Shown: piece after piece, positions 1-11,800 of the stretch | Layout: each line of letters opens with the position of its first letter | How positions within the stretch are numbered: the stretch's first letter is position 1 | DNA from: Macrostomum lignano | Lineage: Eukaryota | Assembly (NCBI GenBank): GCA_002269645.1 | Contig: NIVC01000647.1 | Span: forward strand, 62,001-126,000 | Direction of reading: 5' to 3' | DNA length: 64,000 bases | Made by a program: the position numbers and the translations under genes | The notes under the pieces: generated by a model | What the model saw: only the letters and a program-made list of their open reading frames with translations | The model's database searches: none | Told to the model about the DNA's origin: nothing

Positions 1-676
1 TGAGAACCGCTGCTTTAATCCGTCCAACCCTCGCACACCGCTCCTCCCCCTTCATTCCTCAACTCAAGTCTGCCGCGTGGCGTAGTTGAGTTGCGTCACT
101 CACAAAGATTCAGAAACTTTACCTGCACTCTCAAAAGTGACGACCATAGACTTCTGTGATGGTGACTTTTCGATGTTGCTGAGTATATGCGAAGTTACTA
201 CCTTGTTATTATAATTGAGTTATGATTTACTTTTACTACTTAATTGTGTAATGCCTTTGTCTTCATCTTTTACTCACTTGATGCACGGTTAGTGATGAGT
301 TATGTTGCCACACAGAATCGCCCATATCGCTTTTATCGCTTTTTATCGCCTTCCTCCAGGTCATTTAGTCATGCTACTCTCGTCCTACCCCCCTCTCTGT
401 ATCTCTACCTATTGTCCTATCTCGCGATCCTCTCCTTTACAGTACATCACTCTTCTGATATTTCATCACCCTAACCTACAGGAGTAGGGGGGGGGGGAGA
501 GATGGGGCGCATGAGGGCGGGAATCAGAGTTTTCGCAGACGGAAATCTTCATTATGAAGTTTACGAATGAATAGGCCTTTAACCCCCCCCCCAACTAAAA
601 CCGCACCTGCGTGTAATCCCACAAGGTGTAGTATATATAATGTTTGAAAGAATATTTGATGTTTGATGTTTGAATG

Positions 677-2450
677 TCTAAATGTTTGAAAGACTGCCAG
701 AAATCATAGAACCGTGAGAAGCTCGTTTTTTTAAATCTCAATCCCCGATTCTTAATTCCCTTTCCCAGATAGGGCATATGGCAACTTTTGCGAGAAACTT
801 GAAAGACTGGGTCAGCTATCATTATTTCATTAAATTAATTCATGAATTAATTCATAAGACAGAGAGGAGAGCTTATGGCACCTTTTTCTAAATGTTTGAA
901 AGACTGCCAGCTATCATAGAACCGTGAGAAGCTCGTTTTTTAAATCTCAATCCCCGATTCTTAATTCCCTATCCCTGATTCCTAATGTTGGAATCCGAAT
1001 CCCCAATTCTTAATTCCCTATCCTTGATGCCTAATTCCTAAATCACGGCGCAACAAATGGCCGCTGCCAACAAGGAGGTTCCTTCGGGAGCTACCTTTGC
1101 GGCGAAGGCCAAGGCCAAAATCCCGGGAGTGATCATTCAAGGTCGCGACCAGGACTGGACCACTGGTCAGCTTCAAAAAGTGTGGAGTGCTATTGACTCC
1201 TATCTGATTGAGCTGACTGTCGAGGAGGGAATCTCCATCGGCATTGAGCGGATGGTGCTGCAAAGCAAATTCGTTCTTATTGCTCCTAGCAGTGAGGAGG
1301 ACGCTCAGCAGCTGCTCCAGCGCCTGCCGACGGTCTCCTTGGATGCTGACCTCGGCGGAGCTCTTTTTCTTCGCGAAGGCCAGCGTCCAAAGACGATACC
1401 CTATGTGGTTTTCGTCCCTGCTAAGAGCACCGCAGCTGGATCAGACGTTATCTGCCGGGTCCTACTGCGCCTGAATCCCGACCTCCCTGCTAGTGGACTG
1501 GTGTATCACCGCAAAGTCCGCAGGGGGGAGACGGGCAACTCAGTCAAGCCCCAGCGGCCTGGGACGAGGACGATTTGCTGTCCAAGTCTCCTTGATGGCC
1601 CGGGGCTCTAGCCAGACATTGCATTTAATACAGTAAGACTAAGCTCCACGTGTGTGGCCCGGGGAACAACCGCCCTAGAGAGGCTATCCTCGCTGCCAGC
1701 CATCTCCAGGCTTGGTTGAGGACTGATCTTTCAGATGGAGACCTCTGTATCATCCAATCTAACCATCTCTCATCTCTAACACAACTCTAACGCAAACCTC
1801 ATGCTCCGCAACCGCGGTAGCACTCCAGAAACTCCGCGGAAACTCAGGCGGAAGGCCAAAAGCCTTTACCGCCGTGCCATGAAGACCAGAAACCCGGAGG
1901 ACATGGAGATTTTCCGGCAAGCCTCCCGCAACTTCAAATCTGAAGTGCACAAGGCCAAGGAATGTAAATGGCGCCAATTTTGCAATGAATTGGAGCAAGA
2001 CAGACCTACTTCTAGGCTTGTCTAGGCCCTTTTTTATTAGCTTCTAAATGGCCGCTTCTCCAGGCACCAGTACCTGCAGGGCAACGCCACCAACGCCATC
2101 TGCAGTTTCTGTAACTCAGGTGACGAAACCGCTGAGCATTTCGTCAGCATCTGTCCCGCCTTTACGCGAGCCAGACTCACTTACCTCGGGCCACACACAT
2201 CTATTACTGAAGCGTGCAAACCCGAAAACTTTAATCAGCTCATGCGCTACCTCCGGGCCACCCGCAGGGCTGAACTCTCCTTTCCAGAGAGCACTATAGC
2301 TGCTGGCGACACTGAGGGACCTCCCTGGGCGGCGCCAACCCTTCGTCCATAGCGACGCGTCGGCAGTTCAGGGATTAGCGGAATGGGCGTTCGCGCCTTC
2401 CCGCTGTGTCCCTCCGGGACAGCCCTGCAGCTACGTCAAGTAAGTCAAGA
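677..2450 (+). mobile_element. Degenerate, internally deleted non-LTR retrotransposon (LINE; R1/LOA/I-group-like) lacking the RT domain
   Basis: Repetitive 5' region (about 85-bp direct repeat at about 677-761 and 887-970). Gag/ORF1-like ORF at 1057-1611. Frameshifted APE-endonuclease-like remnants at about 1590-1790 (PDIA(L)IQ, RPREAIL, DLSDGDLCII). Post-endonuclease linker at 1801-2025 (AKECKWRQFC). Then, in the same frame, the ORF2 C-terminal knuckle CSFCNSGDETAEHFVSIC (C-x2-C-x8-H-x4-C, 2101-2154), stop at 2352. Short TCAAG/TAAG tail at about 2435-2450. Clade assignment and 5' boundary are inference. Confidence 0.75.
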
Positions 2451-2679
2451 TTTGTATGGACTTTATGCTGTCTTTATCGTTTTTTATCGTTCAAAAACTT
2501 AATTCACATGTATTGTAACTGTTCTAAAGTTTGATATAATAGTTAGCACTATTATTTATACATTCCGATAAATTAACCGTATTGCTATAGAGCTCACCGA
2601 CCACAAAGCCTCTCTCTATCCGGCCCTCGGTCCTTTGAAACTTCTCAGTAGCAACCCGACCCACTTAAGGTTTGTGTCT

Positions 2680-2870
2680 CTTTCAGCTCTCTCTTCTCTC
2701 TCCTCTCCTCTCCTTTCTCTTCTCGCCCCTCTCCCCTCCCTACCCTCCCCTCTCTCCCCTCTCTCCCCTCTTCTCTCTTCGTATGTTCTATCTTTTCTCT
2801 CATCCCATCTCTCGCATCTCCTCTCTTCTTTCATCTCTATCTTCTATCTCCTCTCCTTTCGACTCATATC
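2680..2870. repeat. CT-rich low-complexity tract
   Basis: Degenerate CTCTC/CTCCT runs; explains ORFs 2616..2935. Confidence 0.8.
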
Positions 2871-3162
2871 TAGCCCGCAGCCATGAACTAGATTCTAAAA
2901 AGTTTGCCGGACCCTTTGCTATAGAATCTTCGTAAAAACCTTGGATCCATCATCAGTACAGTCTGATTGTTACGTAAAGGCACACTATTGAAAAAGACAC
3001 AGTGATTATATTGCCTGTTGCCGCCAATCGTTGGTATAGTTGAGATGCAATGAAATTCTCTTCCCTTTATATTTGAGATCAAAATAAGATTTCATGCGAA
3101 CACTGTGTTAAACATGAGTTCAGTCCAGTAGCCAGTCCATTGTGCTGGCTCGGTGATTCAAT

Positions 3163-3488
3163 TCACTTCTCAGGCAGCTGGGGGATCGCAATCCGGACTC
3201 GCTCCTCGCTTCCCGCCGAACTGCCGCCCGAAGCTGGTGGTGGTCCTCCGCCTCCGGGCCGCGGGCCGCTGCCGCCGCCGCCGCCGCCGCCGCCGCTGCC
3301 GCCAGGTCCCCTGCTGCCGCCGCCGCTAGGAGCGGCAGGGGCCATCTGGAGCATGACGGCTGGAATTTGGATCGAGGGATTGTCAGGAAATTGGAACTGC
3401 AACAACTACAGAGCTTCATCACAGCTACCTTGGCAACTGGTAACTTACCCGCAATGACCAGCACAAGAGTGAGCTTGGCGAGTGTCAT
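3163..3488 (-). CDS. Small secreted Gly/Pro-rich protein, 78 aa, 2 exons
   Basis: Exons 3488-3449 and 3359-3163 with an 89-nt intron (G|GTAAGT ... TTCCAG|CC), 237 nt in total. Translation MTLAKLTLVLVIAAVMLQMAPAAPSGGGSRGPGG...EERVRIAIPQLPEK*. The splice joins two half signal peptides into one hydrophobic leader ending in A-P-A. Confidence 0.72.
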
Positions 3489-3879
3489 TTCTTTGCAATT
3501 TGACGCTCTGTTTTGACGTGTCGATAAAATTGTAGGGAGAACTATAGCTTGACTAAATCCGAAAAATAAAAAACCAAGTGTTATATAGCTCTGCCGCCAC
3601 CCACGCTTGAGCTGCCATCGATTTTATCAAAACTGGCTCAGCTCCAGCATGGGAATTCAATTTTAATCTTGCTAATCAGTCGAATGGTTTTAATGCTCGA
3701 TTAGCATTGCTAATCTGATTTCTGATCAGTTTAACATTATCGGGAGAAATCAAGCATATAATATTTCATATTTCATAGTTACTTGGGCAAGATTTCTTAG
3801 CTTTATGGCTTTAGTATTTTACTATAGGTAGACCTGTTCCACTTCTGCCTGCTTTGGGGCTGGCTGGCTGGTGTCCATG

Positions 3880-4110
3880 GGGTGTCTACTCTCCTGCGTC
3901 TGGGGTGTCTACTCTCCTGAGACTGGGGTGTCTACTCTCCTGAGACTGGGGTGTCTACTCTCCTGAGACTGGGGTGTCTACTCTCCTGAGTCCGAGGTGT
4001 TTACTCTCCTGAGTCCCGTGAGTGTCTACTCTCTGAGTCCCGTGAGTGTCTACTCTCCTGAGTCTAGGGTGTCTACTCTCCTGAGTCTAGGGTGTCTACT
4101 CTCCTGAGTC
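3880..4110. repeat. Minisatellite, about 23-bp unit GGGGTGTCTACTCTCCTGAGACT
   Basis: About 9-10 degenerate tandem copies between two divergent genes. Confidence 0.9.
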
Positions 4111-4752
4111 CAATTTCCTAAACTAGTTCGCTGCCCAAGTATGTAATGTTTATGCGTTACAAAAATGCAACACAGAAGCGCCTATTGCAGTCATTTACTG
4201 AGAATATTATTATAAAATTGCGCTCAGAAATTCTCGTTCTACACCGTAGCAAAGATCACCATAAAGACCCCAACGGAAATGAGTTCTCATGCCTAAACCT
4301 AGCCCCAGGCTAGGGCGTCGGCACCAAAAAACTCACAAAACGAGCGCAACGGGGCAGAGACGCTGAGCACACAGAGCCGCATTGGCCGGCTCTCCACTCT
4401 CCCCCCCCCCGCGCCCTCTGCACCGGAGAGCCGCTCGGCAGGAAGGCACACAGTAAGCAGGCCTTTCACCTCTGACACAGCGGCGGGCAGGAGGCAGGAA
4501 AAGCAACTCCGCAGTGGCTTTGCATTCTTTCATGCTGCAGTGCACAATTCAACCAACTCCAACGATGGCTGGGGGCACCGACCATCTCTCCCCAGTGAGA
4601 GGCCCTTACCAGAGCACCGTTCTCATAAGCTCTGACTTTTTTTCTCATCTCTGCACAAACATTCAATCGCAATAACTGCAGCCAAAAAAGCTCTCGAAAG
4701 ACGGCAGCAAATTTCGCGGCTCAAAGTTTTCATCGGCACAGGAGAGTCGATC

Positions 4753-7391
4753 ATGCCGCGGCCGCTGCAGCAGCTGCTGACTTTCATTTGCCTCGCCGCC
4801 GCGCTGCGAGAAACCGCCTTCGCTGCTGACTCGGCGAGAGCATCGGGCGGCAGCAAAGGCTCCGGCACCCCGGTGTACCCGGTGCTGTGCGATCCGACCA
4901 CGCAGGGCTGCATCAGGAGTCCCTACGGCTGCCGCAGCGTGCACTGGAGCGGCGCTGCGGCCCTCGGCTGCGACTTCCTGGCCACATGGCAACGCGCCGA
5001 AGACGGAGGCGGCGACATTGAGCTGGCTGTGAGCGGTCGGGTCGGCCTGGACGGCGGCTACATCGCCGCGGGATTCAAGCCTGGCAGGGGAGGGAGCGGT
5101 CAAGGTAAGAAGACGCACTGACCTGCTCTTCAGAACGAACGTCTGCCCTTCAGAACGGATGTCTGCCCTTCAGAACGAACGTCTGCCCTTCAAAACGAAC
5201 GTCTGCCCTTCAGAACGGGTGTCTGCCCTTCAGAACGGATGTCTGCTCTTCAGAACGAACGTCTGCCCTTCAGAACGGATGTCTGGCCTTCAGAAGGGAT
5301 ATCTGGCCTTCAGAAGGGATATCTACCCTTCAGAAGGGACGTCTGCCCTTCAGAAGAGACGTCTGCCCTTCATAACGGACGTCTGGCCTTCAGAAAGGAT
5401 ATCTGGCCTTCAGAAGGGATATCTGGCCTTCAAAAGGGATATCTGGCCTTCAGAAAGGATATCTACCCTTCAGAAGGGATATCTACCCTTCAGAAGGCAC
5501 TTCTGCCCTTCCTAAATGTTTCTGTTCTCTCAAAGGACGTCTGTCCTTGCGAATGGGTGTCTGTCTTTCCTACATGTAATAGGTCTGCCCCCCCCCCCCA
5601 CGAAGATGTGCCTGCCCTTCTGAAGGGGTGTCTGCCTGTCTTTCAGAAGGACGTCTATATCTAGTCTAGAAGGTGTCTACCCACCTAAAAGGTCTGTTCT
5701 CACAAATAACTTTCTGTTCTTCTGAAGAAGGGCCATCAGCCCTTATATCTATATTTGGAGAGTCTCAATCAGCCTTACTCAATTGCGACCCCGAACCCGA
5801 CCTTGCAGGCGTCCTGCTGGCCTGCTATAAGACGCCCACCGATTCCGGCGTCCACATGCGGCTGACTTCAGCCAGCAGCGGCTACTACTTCCTGCAGGCC
5901 TCCGAGGCCGACGATGTCAGCCTACTGACCGAGGCCGACAGCGCGCCGAAGTTCGGAGCGGACAGGCCGGAGCGGGCCGCCTACTTCTGGCCGGTGAGGG
6001 GGCAGGGCTACGCCACGCTCGAGTGCCGGGCCCGGCTGCGGCTCCAGCATCCAGCGCTGGACTGGCTTCATCATCCGGAGATCCTGGCCCATCCGGTTGG
6101 CATGCGACGGCCCGGCCGGAATCCGGTGGAATCGGACGGACTGGCCAAGCCAGACTGGCGCTACACCGGGCCGGCTCGGACACTGTCCGAGAGCGGAGAC
6201 TCGGTCGGGCCGGCCAGCACTGGCGGGGCCAAAGCGCACGGCTGCTTGATGGTGCTGGCCTGGGTTCTGTGCGCCTCCGTCGGCATGCTGTTGGCCAGGT
6301 GATTCATAGGGGAGAAGTCCGAAGATAGAGGATTACACTGCAGTGCCTGTGATCTTTGGGCGTCGTGAGAAATTCAATTTAGACCACCGAGTAAAGTAGC
6401 CGAACAAAGAGTTCAATCGTGCACACGGAAAACAGTTGGAGAGGACGGCGCGGCGGGAGCACTCGCTGCGGGAAAAGCTCGCGCAGGCAAACCTCGGCGG
6501 GAAAACTTCCTGCGGGAAAGTCTCATAGACTCCTCACATAATTGTACCAGAGATTAAGTTCAAAAAATTTTCACTCTACTCGCTAGTAGTGTAGCAAGCA
6601 GTAGTACGCTCGTAATCTAGCTCTCACACAGAGGGGTATCGCGCGCCTTCTACAATAAACGCCAATTCAGAGCAGTTCATCAACGCCATCCACCCCAAAA
6701 CTGCACCTAACCATGCAGGTACTACAAGACGCAATGGCCATCACGCCTGCTTGGCAAAGAGCTGGCCTGGTTCCAGGTGCACCGCGCCCTGATGGCCTCC
6801 TGCTGCATCCTCACACTCATCTCATTCATCGTGATCTTCGCCGATGTCGCGGGCTACAGCGCACTGGATGATCTACCGGACCTGGTCCACCCTGTGCTTG
6901 GCATCATCGTGACCATCTTGACCCTGGCTAACCCGCTCATCTCCCTCTGCCGCTGCCATCCCGACAGCGACAGGCGGCCGTGGTTCAACTGGACCCACTG
7001 GATAGTGGGCACCATTGCCTACATCCTAGCTGTAATCAACCTGTTTCTCGGCCTGCGCCTGGAACGCGCCGGAGCTCTTAAGACCATCGATTACCACATC
7101 TGGCTGCTGATCTTCTTCGTGCTACTGCAGTTCGTGATCGAAATCATTCTGGAGATTCACACCCTGTACCATTGGCGCCGGAACAAGCGGCGCTGGCGCC
7201 AGTACCAGCAGGACATGCTAGACTATCAGCAGCAGAGGCAGAAGGACGCCGGCACGCTGCAGAAGCCGCAGGCGCGTCCAACTGAGCCAAAGCCGGCTGG
7301 TTACTGTCTGAGAGCCTTCCTACTGGCGTTGCACGTTGTGGTGGCCACGGCAGTGTCAATCATGCTGGTTGTTGTCATCATCGTGTACTGA
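4753..7391 (+). CDS. FRRS1: DOMON + cytochrome b561 protein (ferric-chelate reductase 1-like), 504 aa, 3 exons
   Basis: Exons 4753-5104, 5809-6298 and 6719-7391, all GT-AG, 1515 nt, phases consistent. Signal peptide and DOMON-like segment (DIELAVSGRVGLDGGYIAAGF). b561 domain with four heme His motifs KAHG, FQVHR, LVHP and NWTHW. The junction gives LARYYK..WP, as in FRRS1. The symbol indicates family, not proven orthology. Confidence 0.85.
5125..5510. repeat. Intronic minisatellite, 20-bp unit GTCTGCCCTTCAGAACGAAC and variants
   Basis: About 19 copies starting about 20 nt after the donor at 5105. Confidence 0.92.
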
Positions 7392-7919
7392 TTTTCTTAG
7401 AAAAGAAATCAGGTCTTGGAACACTTGGAAGGCTAATGATGTAGGAAATGATAATTCTGCCTATCTTTTGCATGTTTTGCGTCGTCAAGTCCTTTGAGAT
7501 GTCTTGTAAAAATTGAATAATATGACGCCCAGAAATAATCCCAGTTTTCAAGGGCTAATTGTAAAACAAATTAGTCATTTGCTACTTCTACCAGTCTACA
7601 TAATGCTATATGTAAGTTGTTATTCCTCCATTACTTCCTAAATTAAAGTCCACAATAATTTCTTAAACGCATTAACTTTACATGAGAATGCGCATTGCGT
7701 GGTTTGTTTGATGGCGCTGAAATCCACTAATAGCTCGCATTCATACTCGTAACTGCAGGTGCTACTGAAGCCCAGTTTCTGTCGGATTAATCCAAAGTAC
7801 AAAGTCCATTAATTATTGCATTGTAGGTAGCGCATGCAGTATAGGCTGAGTTCTTTAAATTCCATTTGCATGCGCGAGCTAGTGTAACAAAGTAGTGTAA
7901 CAGTGACTGTATGACAGCC

Positions 7920-8178
7920 TGAGGATCTGGGAGGCTGGCCCAGCAACTGAGGATCTGGGAGACTGGAGGCCCAGCAACTGAGGATCTAGGGAGGCTGGCC
8001 CAGCAACTGAGAATATGGGAGGCTGGCCCAGACACTGAGGATCTGGGAGACTGGCCCAGCAACTGAGAATATGGGAGGCTGGCCCAGACACTGAGGATCT
8101 GGGAGACTGGCCCAGCAACTGAGGATCTGGGAGGCTGACCCAGAAACTGACGATCTGGGAGGCTGGCCCAGCAACTCG
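7920..8178. repeat. Minisatellite, about 28-bp unit GAGGATCTGGGAGGCTGGCCCAGCAACT
   Basis: About 9 copies; related to the arrays at 9510-10240 and, inverted, 32520-32680. Confidence 0.9.
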
Positions 8179-8878
8179 GATACCAAAACTAGTCAGTCAA
8201 AAGAAAGCAGTCAGAAACTCACGAAGGTATTACAATTTTTAGGCGAAAAGAACTAAAGCCGGTTCGAGTGGAAAACTACGAAAAAAAGCGATAGAGTCTA
8301 TTTTTTATTTTCTCTTGTTGTCATTGTTGCGACTTTTCATCAATTATTATCTTAGCTGAATTTGTCTGTCAGAGCAGACCAACACTAAAAAATGAGCAGT
8401 TTAAGCTATGCTGTTTTCTATCAATTCAGCTGAGAGAGGCGGCTAGAATCAGAATGAAAACTAAAGTTTGTTTGTACTTTTGGTCTCTTAACTGCGGACA
8501 ATCTTCGATAAAGGATTGCGTGGACAATATGAGCATGCTTCAGGGTCACAACACTATTTTCGAGGGAGGGATGGAGGGATAGAAAACAGATACGAGTATA
8601 ATAAATTCAGAATTATCTAAGAAACTAAGATTAAACTAAAACTAAAATTGGGGTTTGTTATCTAAACAAAGAATTGATGACGCAAGTAATAATAATAATA
8701 GTAATAGTAATAATAATGTAAATACTACACATCGGGAGAGTGGGTAGTTAATTAATTATTCGAATATTATCTGATCCGATATATGTCAGTCTGCTGTCGA
8801 GGAGGGAGACTCTATAATGATAGAAAAGTTTTGTCAATCTCTGTGTTGTTTATCAATTCTGCCGCATTGATCCCGGGC

Positions 8879-11800
8879 TCAGTACTGATGGTTCTTCACG
8901 AACAGCGAGCTCTGGCCGGCGGCGCTGCCCATGCCGCCCTCGTACTTGCCCAGAGCGGCCAGCGAGTTGGCCCTGGCCCTCTTCAGCAGCTCGTCCTGTC
9001 CGGCCTTCACGTTCTCCTTCTTGCCACCCCAGGCCGCCAGCACAGAGGCCTGCAAGGCGCGGCCGTAGCTGAAGGTCAGGGCCCACGGCTTGCGGCCCGG
9101 GAACTTGTTGATAGCGTCCAGGTGGACCGTGGCGTCCTCCTCGCTCTGGCCGCCGCTCAGGAAGGTGATCCCGACAACGGCTGGCGGCACGCCGCGGCTC
9201 AGGGCCGTCACAGTGGCCTCAGCAACCTGCTGCGGGGTGTTGCGAACAGGGCAGGCCTGGCCGCAAGTGACCATGTTGGGCTTGAGCAGGGTGCCCTCCA
9301 GGTAGACGTGGTGATCAGCCAGAGCCTTGTAGGTGAAGGCCAGCACCTGCTCGGTGACCTTCTGAGCCGTGGCCAGGTCGTGATCGCCGTCCTGGAGTGC
9401 GGGAGCGGCGGTGTGAATGAGAAAGTCAAGATAGAAATTATGCGGAAGCTGTACGAACGACTGGCAAGATGGGTGAGGGAGATGTTAGCTAGGGTATAGA
9501 GGATTTGGAAGTTGGTCACTGAAATTGAGGATCTGGGTGGTTGGTCACTGAAATTGAAGATTTGGGAGGTTGGTCACTGAAATTGAGGATCTGGGTGGTT
9601 GGTCTCTGAAATTGAAGATTTGGGAGGCTGGTCACTGAAATTCAAGATCTGGGTGGTTGGTCACTGAAATTGAAGATTTGGGAGGTTGGTCACTGAAATT
9701 GAAGATTTGGGAGGTTGGTCACTGAAATTGAGGATCTGGGTGGTTGGTCACTGAAATTAAAGATTTGGGAGGTTGGTCACTGAAATTGAAGATTTGGGAG
9801 GTTGGTCACTGAAATTGAGGATCTGGGTGGTTGGTCACTGAAATTGAGGATCTGGGTGGTTGGTCACTGAAATTGAAGATTTGGAAGGTTGGTCACTGAA
9901 ATCGAGGATCTGGGTGGTTGGTCACTGAAATCGAGGATCTGGGTGGTTGGTCACTGAAATTGAAGATTTGGAAGGTTGGTCACTGAAATTGAGGATCTGG
10001 GTGGTTGGTGACTGAAACTGAGGATCTGGGAGGTTGGTCACTGAAACTGGGGATCTGGGAGGTTGGTCACTGAAACTGAGGATCTGGGAGGTTGGTCACT
10101 GAAATTGAGGATCTGGGAGGTTGGTCACTGAAATTGAGGATCTGGGAGGTTGGTCACTGAAATTGAGGATCTGGGAGGTTGGTGACCAAGATTCAGGTCT
10201 GGGAGATTGGTCACTGAAACTGAGGATCTGGGAGGTTGGTCCCAATTCTCACCTGCAGCACCTCCGGCTCAACAATGGGCACGAGACCATTCTGCTGGCA
10301 GATGGAAGCGTAACGAGCCAGCACGTTGGCGTTCTCCAGCATGGCCTGGTAGGACGGCGTGTTTGGCCCGATCTTCAGCACGCAGCGCCACTTGGCGAAC
10401 TGGGCGCCGTCTTTCTTGTACTGGGCGCAGCGCTCCGACAGGCCGTCCAAGCCCTGCAGTGTGTCGGGTTGGGCAGCCATTCTCTAGGGGCGATTCTTTA
10501 GGTGATGGATCTCTAAGTTGCGATTCTCTGAGCGGCGATTTTCTAAGAAGCGATTCTCTGAGTGGCGATTTTCTAAGAAGCGATTCTCTGAGTGGCGATT
10601 TTCTAAGAAGCGATTCTCTGAGTGGCGATTTTCTAAGAAGCGATTCTCTGAGTGGCGATTTTCTAAGAAGCGATTTTCTAAGAAGCGATTCTCTGAGTGG
10701 CGATTTTCTAAGAAGCGATTCTCTGAGTGGCGATTTTCTAAGAAGCGATTCTCTGAGTGGCGATTTTCTAAGAAGCGATTCTCTGAGTGGCGATTTTCTA
10801 AGAAGCGATTCTCTGAGTGGCGATTTTCTAAGAAGCGATTCTCTGAGCGGCGATTTTCTAAGAAGCGATTCTCTGAGTGGCGATTTTCTAAGAAGCGATT
10901 CTCTGAGTGGCGATTTTCTAAGAAGAAATGATCTAAGTGGCGATTCACAAAAGGAAATCAATAGGGCGAAAGAAACCAGGGCCAATTAACTTCATCAATA
11001 ACAGACTCTCCAAGGCCCTCACCTGGGTGGTGCACTCGTCATGCGAGCCGGCCAGCGGCACGACGCCCTTGTCCACCTTGATCCCGGGAATGATGCCGCG
11101 CTTCTGCAGCACCTGCGGGAACGGAGTGCCACAGTCGGCCTTCTGGTAGAAGGTCTCGTGGAACAGAATCACGCCGGAGATATAGTTGGACACTTCGGCA
11201 TCGGCGGTGAACAGCAGCTGACGGTACAGGCGCCTGTTCTCTTCGGTGTTCTCAACGTTGATGCCCTGGAAGCGCTTGGCGCAGGTGCCTTGGCGAATAG
11301 GATAAATTGACAGGTTGGAACAATTTATGATTTATGAGTTGATTACATTCTGCGTAATACACATTAGGCATGTTGGTGTTAACCCCTCCCTGATTCTTCA
11401 GTGGGTACTGCTACTCAGTCATCAGGTATTTCATTAGGTACTGCTACTCAGTCATCAGGTATTTCATTAGGTACTGCTACTCACTCATCAGGTATTTCAT
11501 TAGGTACTGCTACTCACTCATCAGGTATTTCATCCCCACTTCTCATCCACTATTCATGCTCTTCAAGCACCAATGCTTATGCTGTGCGGTTCCATTTAAT
11601 TCCAGTCTTGCCCAAAGCTTTAGCCTATCCATATTAAAAGTACAAAGGGACGGAAATGCTAATGCATCCGAAGCCCGTTTGGTCCCGTTCCAGTACAAAT
11701 AATGGACACAAACAACACCAGACCAACTTGTGTGTTTATAGAAAAAATGTAACTTCTAATACATATAGAAGTTAACGCACAATTCATACTACTGACTACT

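Noticed and set aside
3120-3488. Unspliced 122-aa poly-Ala ORF and the poly-Pro antisense ORF 3140..3457
   Set aside because: The spliced model uses strong canonical sites and gives a coherent signal peptide. These ORFs are alternative readings of the GGC tract, but they are not formally excluded without cDNA.
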